A stretch of 32,000 nt of DNA, from positions 420,001 to 452,000 of the forward strand of contig CAZKBG010000001.1 of NCBI GenBank assembly GCA_964551375.1, written 5' to 3'. Both the position numbers and the translations under genes were made by a program. Positions 31,870 to 32,000 of this stretch are shown here, piece after piece. The notes under the pieces were generated by a model. The model had not been told where the DNA came from, ran no database searches, and saw nothing but the letters and a program-made list of their open reading frames with translations. This DNA is from an uncultured archaeon. Its GTDB lineage: Archaea > Iainarchaeota > Iainarchaeia > Iainarchaeales > JAAZKV01. Positions within the stretch are counted from its first letter, which is position 1. The number at the start of each line of letters is the position of its first letter.

Positions 31870-31943
31870 GGGCGGTTAGCTTAGCTGGTTGGAGCACACG
31901 ACTGATAATCGTGCGGTCGGGAGTTCAAATCTCCCACTGCCCA
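31870..31943 (+). tRNA. tRNA-Ile (anticodon GAU)
   Basis: GGGCGGT TA GCTT AGCTGGTTG GAGC A CACGA CTGATAA TCGTG CGGTC GGGAG TTCAAAT CTCCC ACTGCCC A. Full cloverleaf. TATA-like TAATATAA lies about 37 nt upstream. Confidence 0.9.
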
Positions 31944-32000
31944 CTATTTTATTCAGCATTCTTAAATTTCCAAGTCACTTCTCTTGCAATAACCATAATG

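Noticed and set aside
31949-32000. Possible 3' end of a minus-strand gene at the right edge
   Set aside because: Two minus-strand frames stay open to the window edge over only ~50 nt (…IMVIAREVTWKFKNAE* or …HYGYCKRSDLEI*). There is no basis to choose between them or to name a product.
1-32000. Window-wide screen for CRISPR arrays, rRNA genes, transposases or integrases, and long tandem or inverted repeats
   Set aside because: I saw no regularly spaced direct repeats, no rRNA-like GC-rich blocks, and no DDE or tyrosine/serine recombinase motifs in any listed ORF. The only notable repeat is the 45-bp gatE 5' duplication reported above.

Overview
AT-rich, gene-dense archaeal chromosome segment. 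The archaeal call rests on GatD/GatE, EndA, a C/D-box sRNA, class III signal peptides, TATA-box promoters and GGTGA/GGAGG ribosome-binding sites. A DPANN-like origin is inference from gene content and small proteins. All product names come from motifs read by eye in the translations; no database search was run.

Positions 1-12.7 kb form an accessory-type type IV pilus locus:
- a FlaI/VirB11-family ATPase with a long N-terminal extension;
- a membrane platform split into two T2SSF genes;
- a 153-aa major pilin with its own promoter, RBS and terminator;
- a convergent six-gene cluster whose products all begin with class III (prepilin-like) signal peptides, two of them very large (368 and 621 aa).

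The locus is bracketed by two paralogous RecA/KaiC(FlaH)-like genes with degenerate P-loops. One runs off the left edge and is missing from the ORF track. A canonical KaiC-like ATPase sits next to the other.

The remainder is mostly housekeeping: an unlisted 58-aa histone-fold-like ORF, an unlisted textbook C/D-box sRNA, endA, a USP-like gene, an HTH/PIN-like pair, GNAT, SIMPL/DUF541, an alpha/beta hydrolase, tRNA-Pro(UGG), ATP-dependent DNA ligase, a Cys-rich secreted protein, an ABC-2 exporter pair, gatD, a secreted protein that is about one-third tyrosine, gatE, NUDIX, a DUF362 Fe-S protein, an MFS transporter, tRNA-Gln(UUG) and tRNA-Ile(GAU).

The most unusual local structure is at gatE. 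Its 5' end occurs twice as a 45-bp direct repeat (42/45 identical) flanking a 51-nt, roughly 70% GC insert. That insert supplies a new Shine-Dalgarno sequence and leaves a 41-codon upstream ORF.

No CRISPR array, rRNA, transposase or integrase was recognised.
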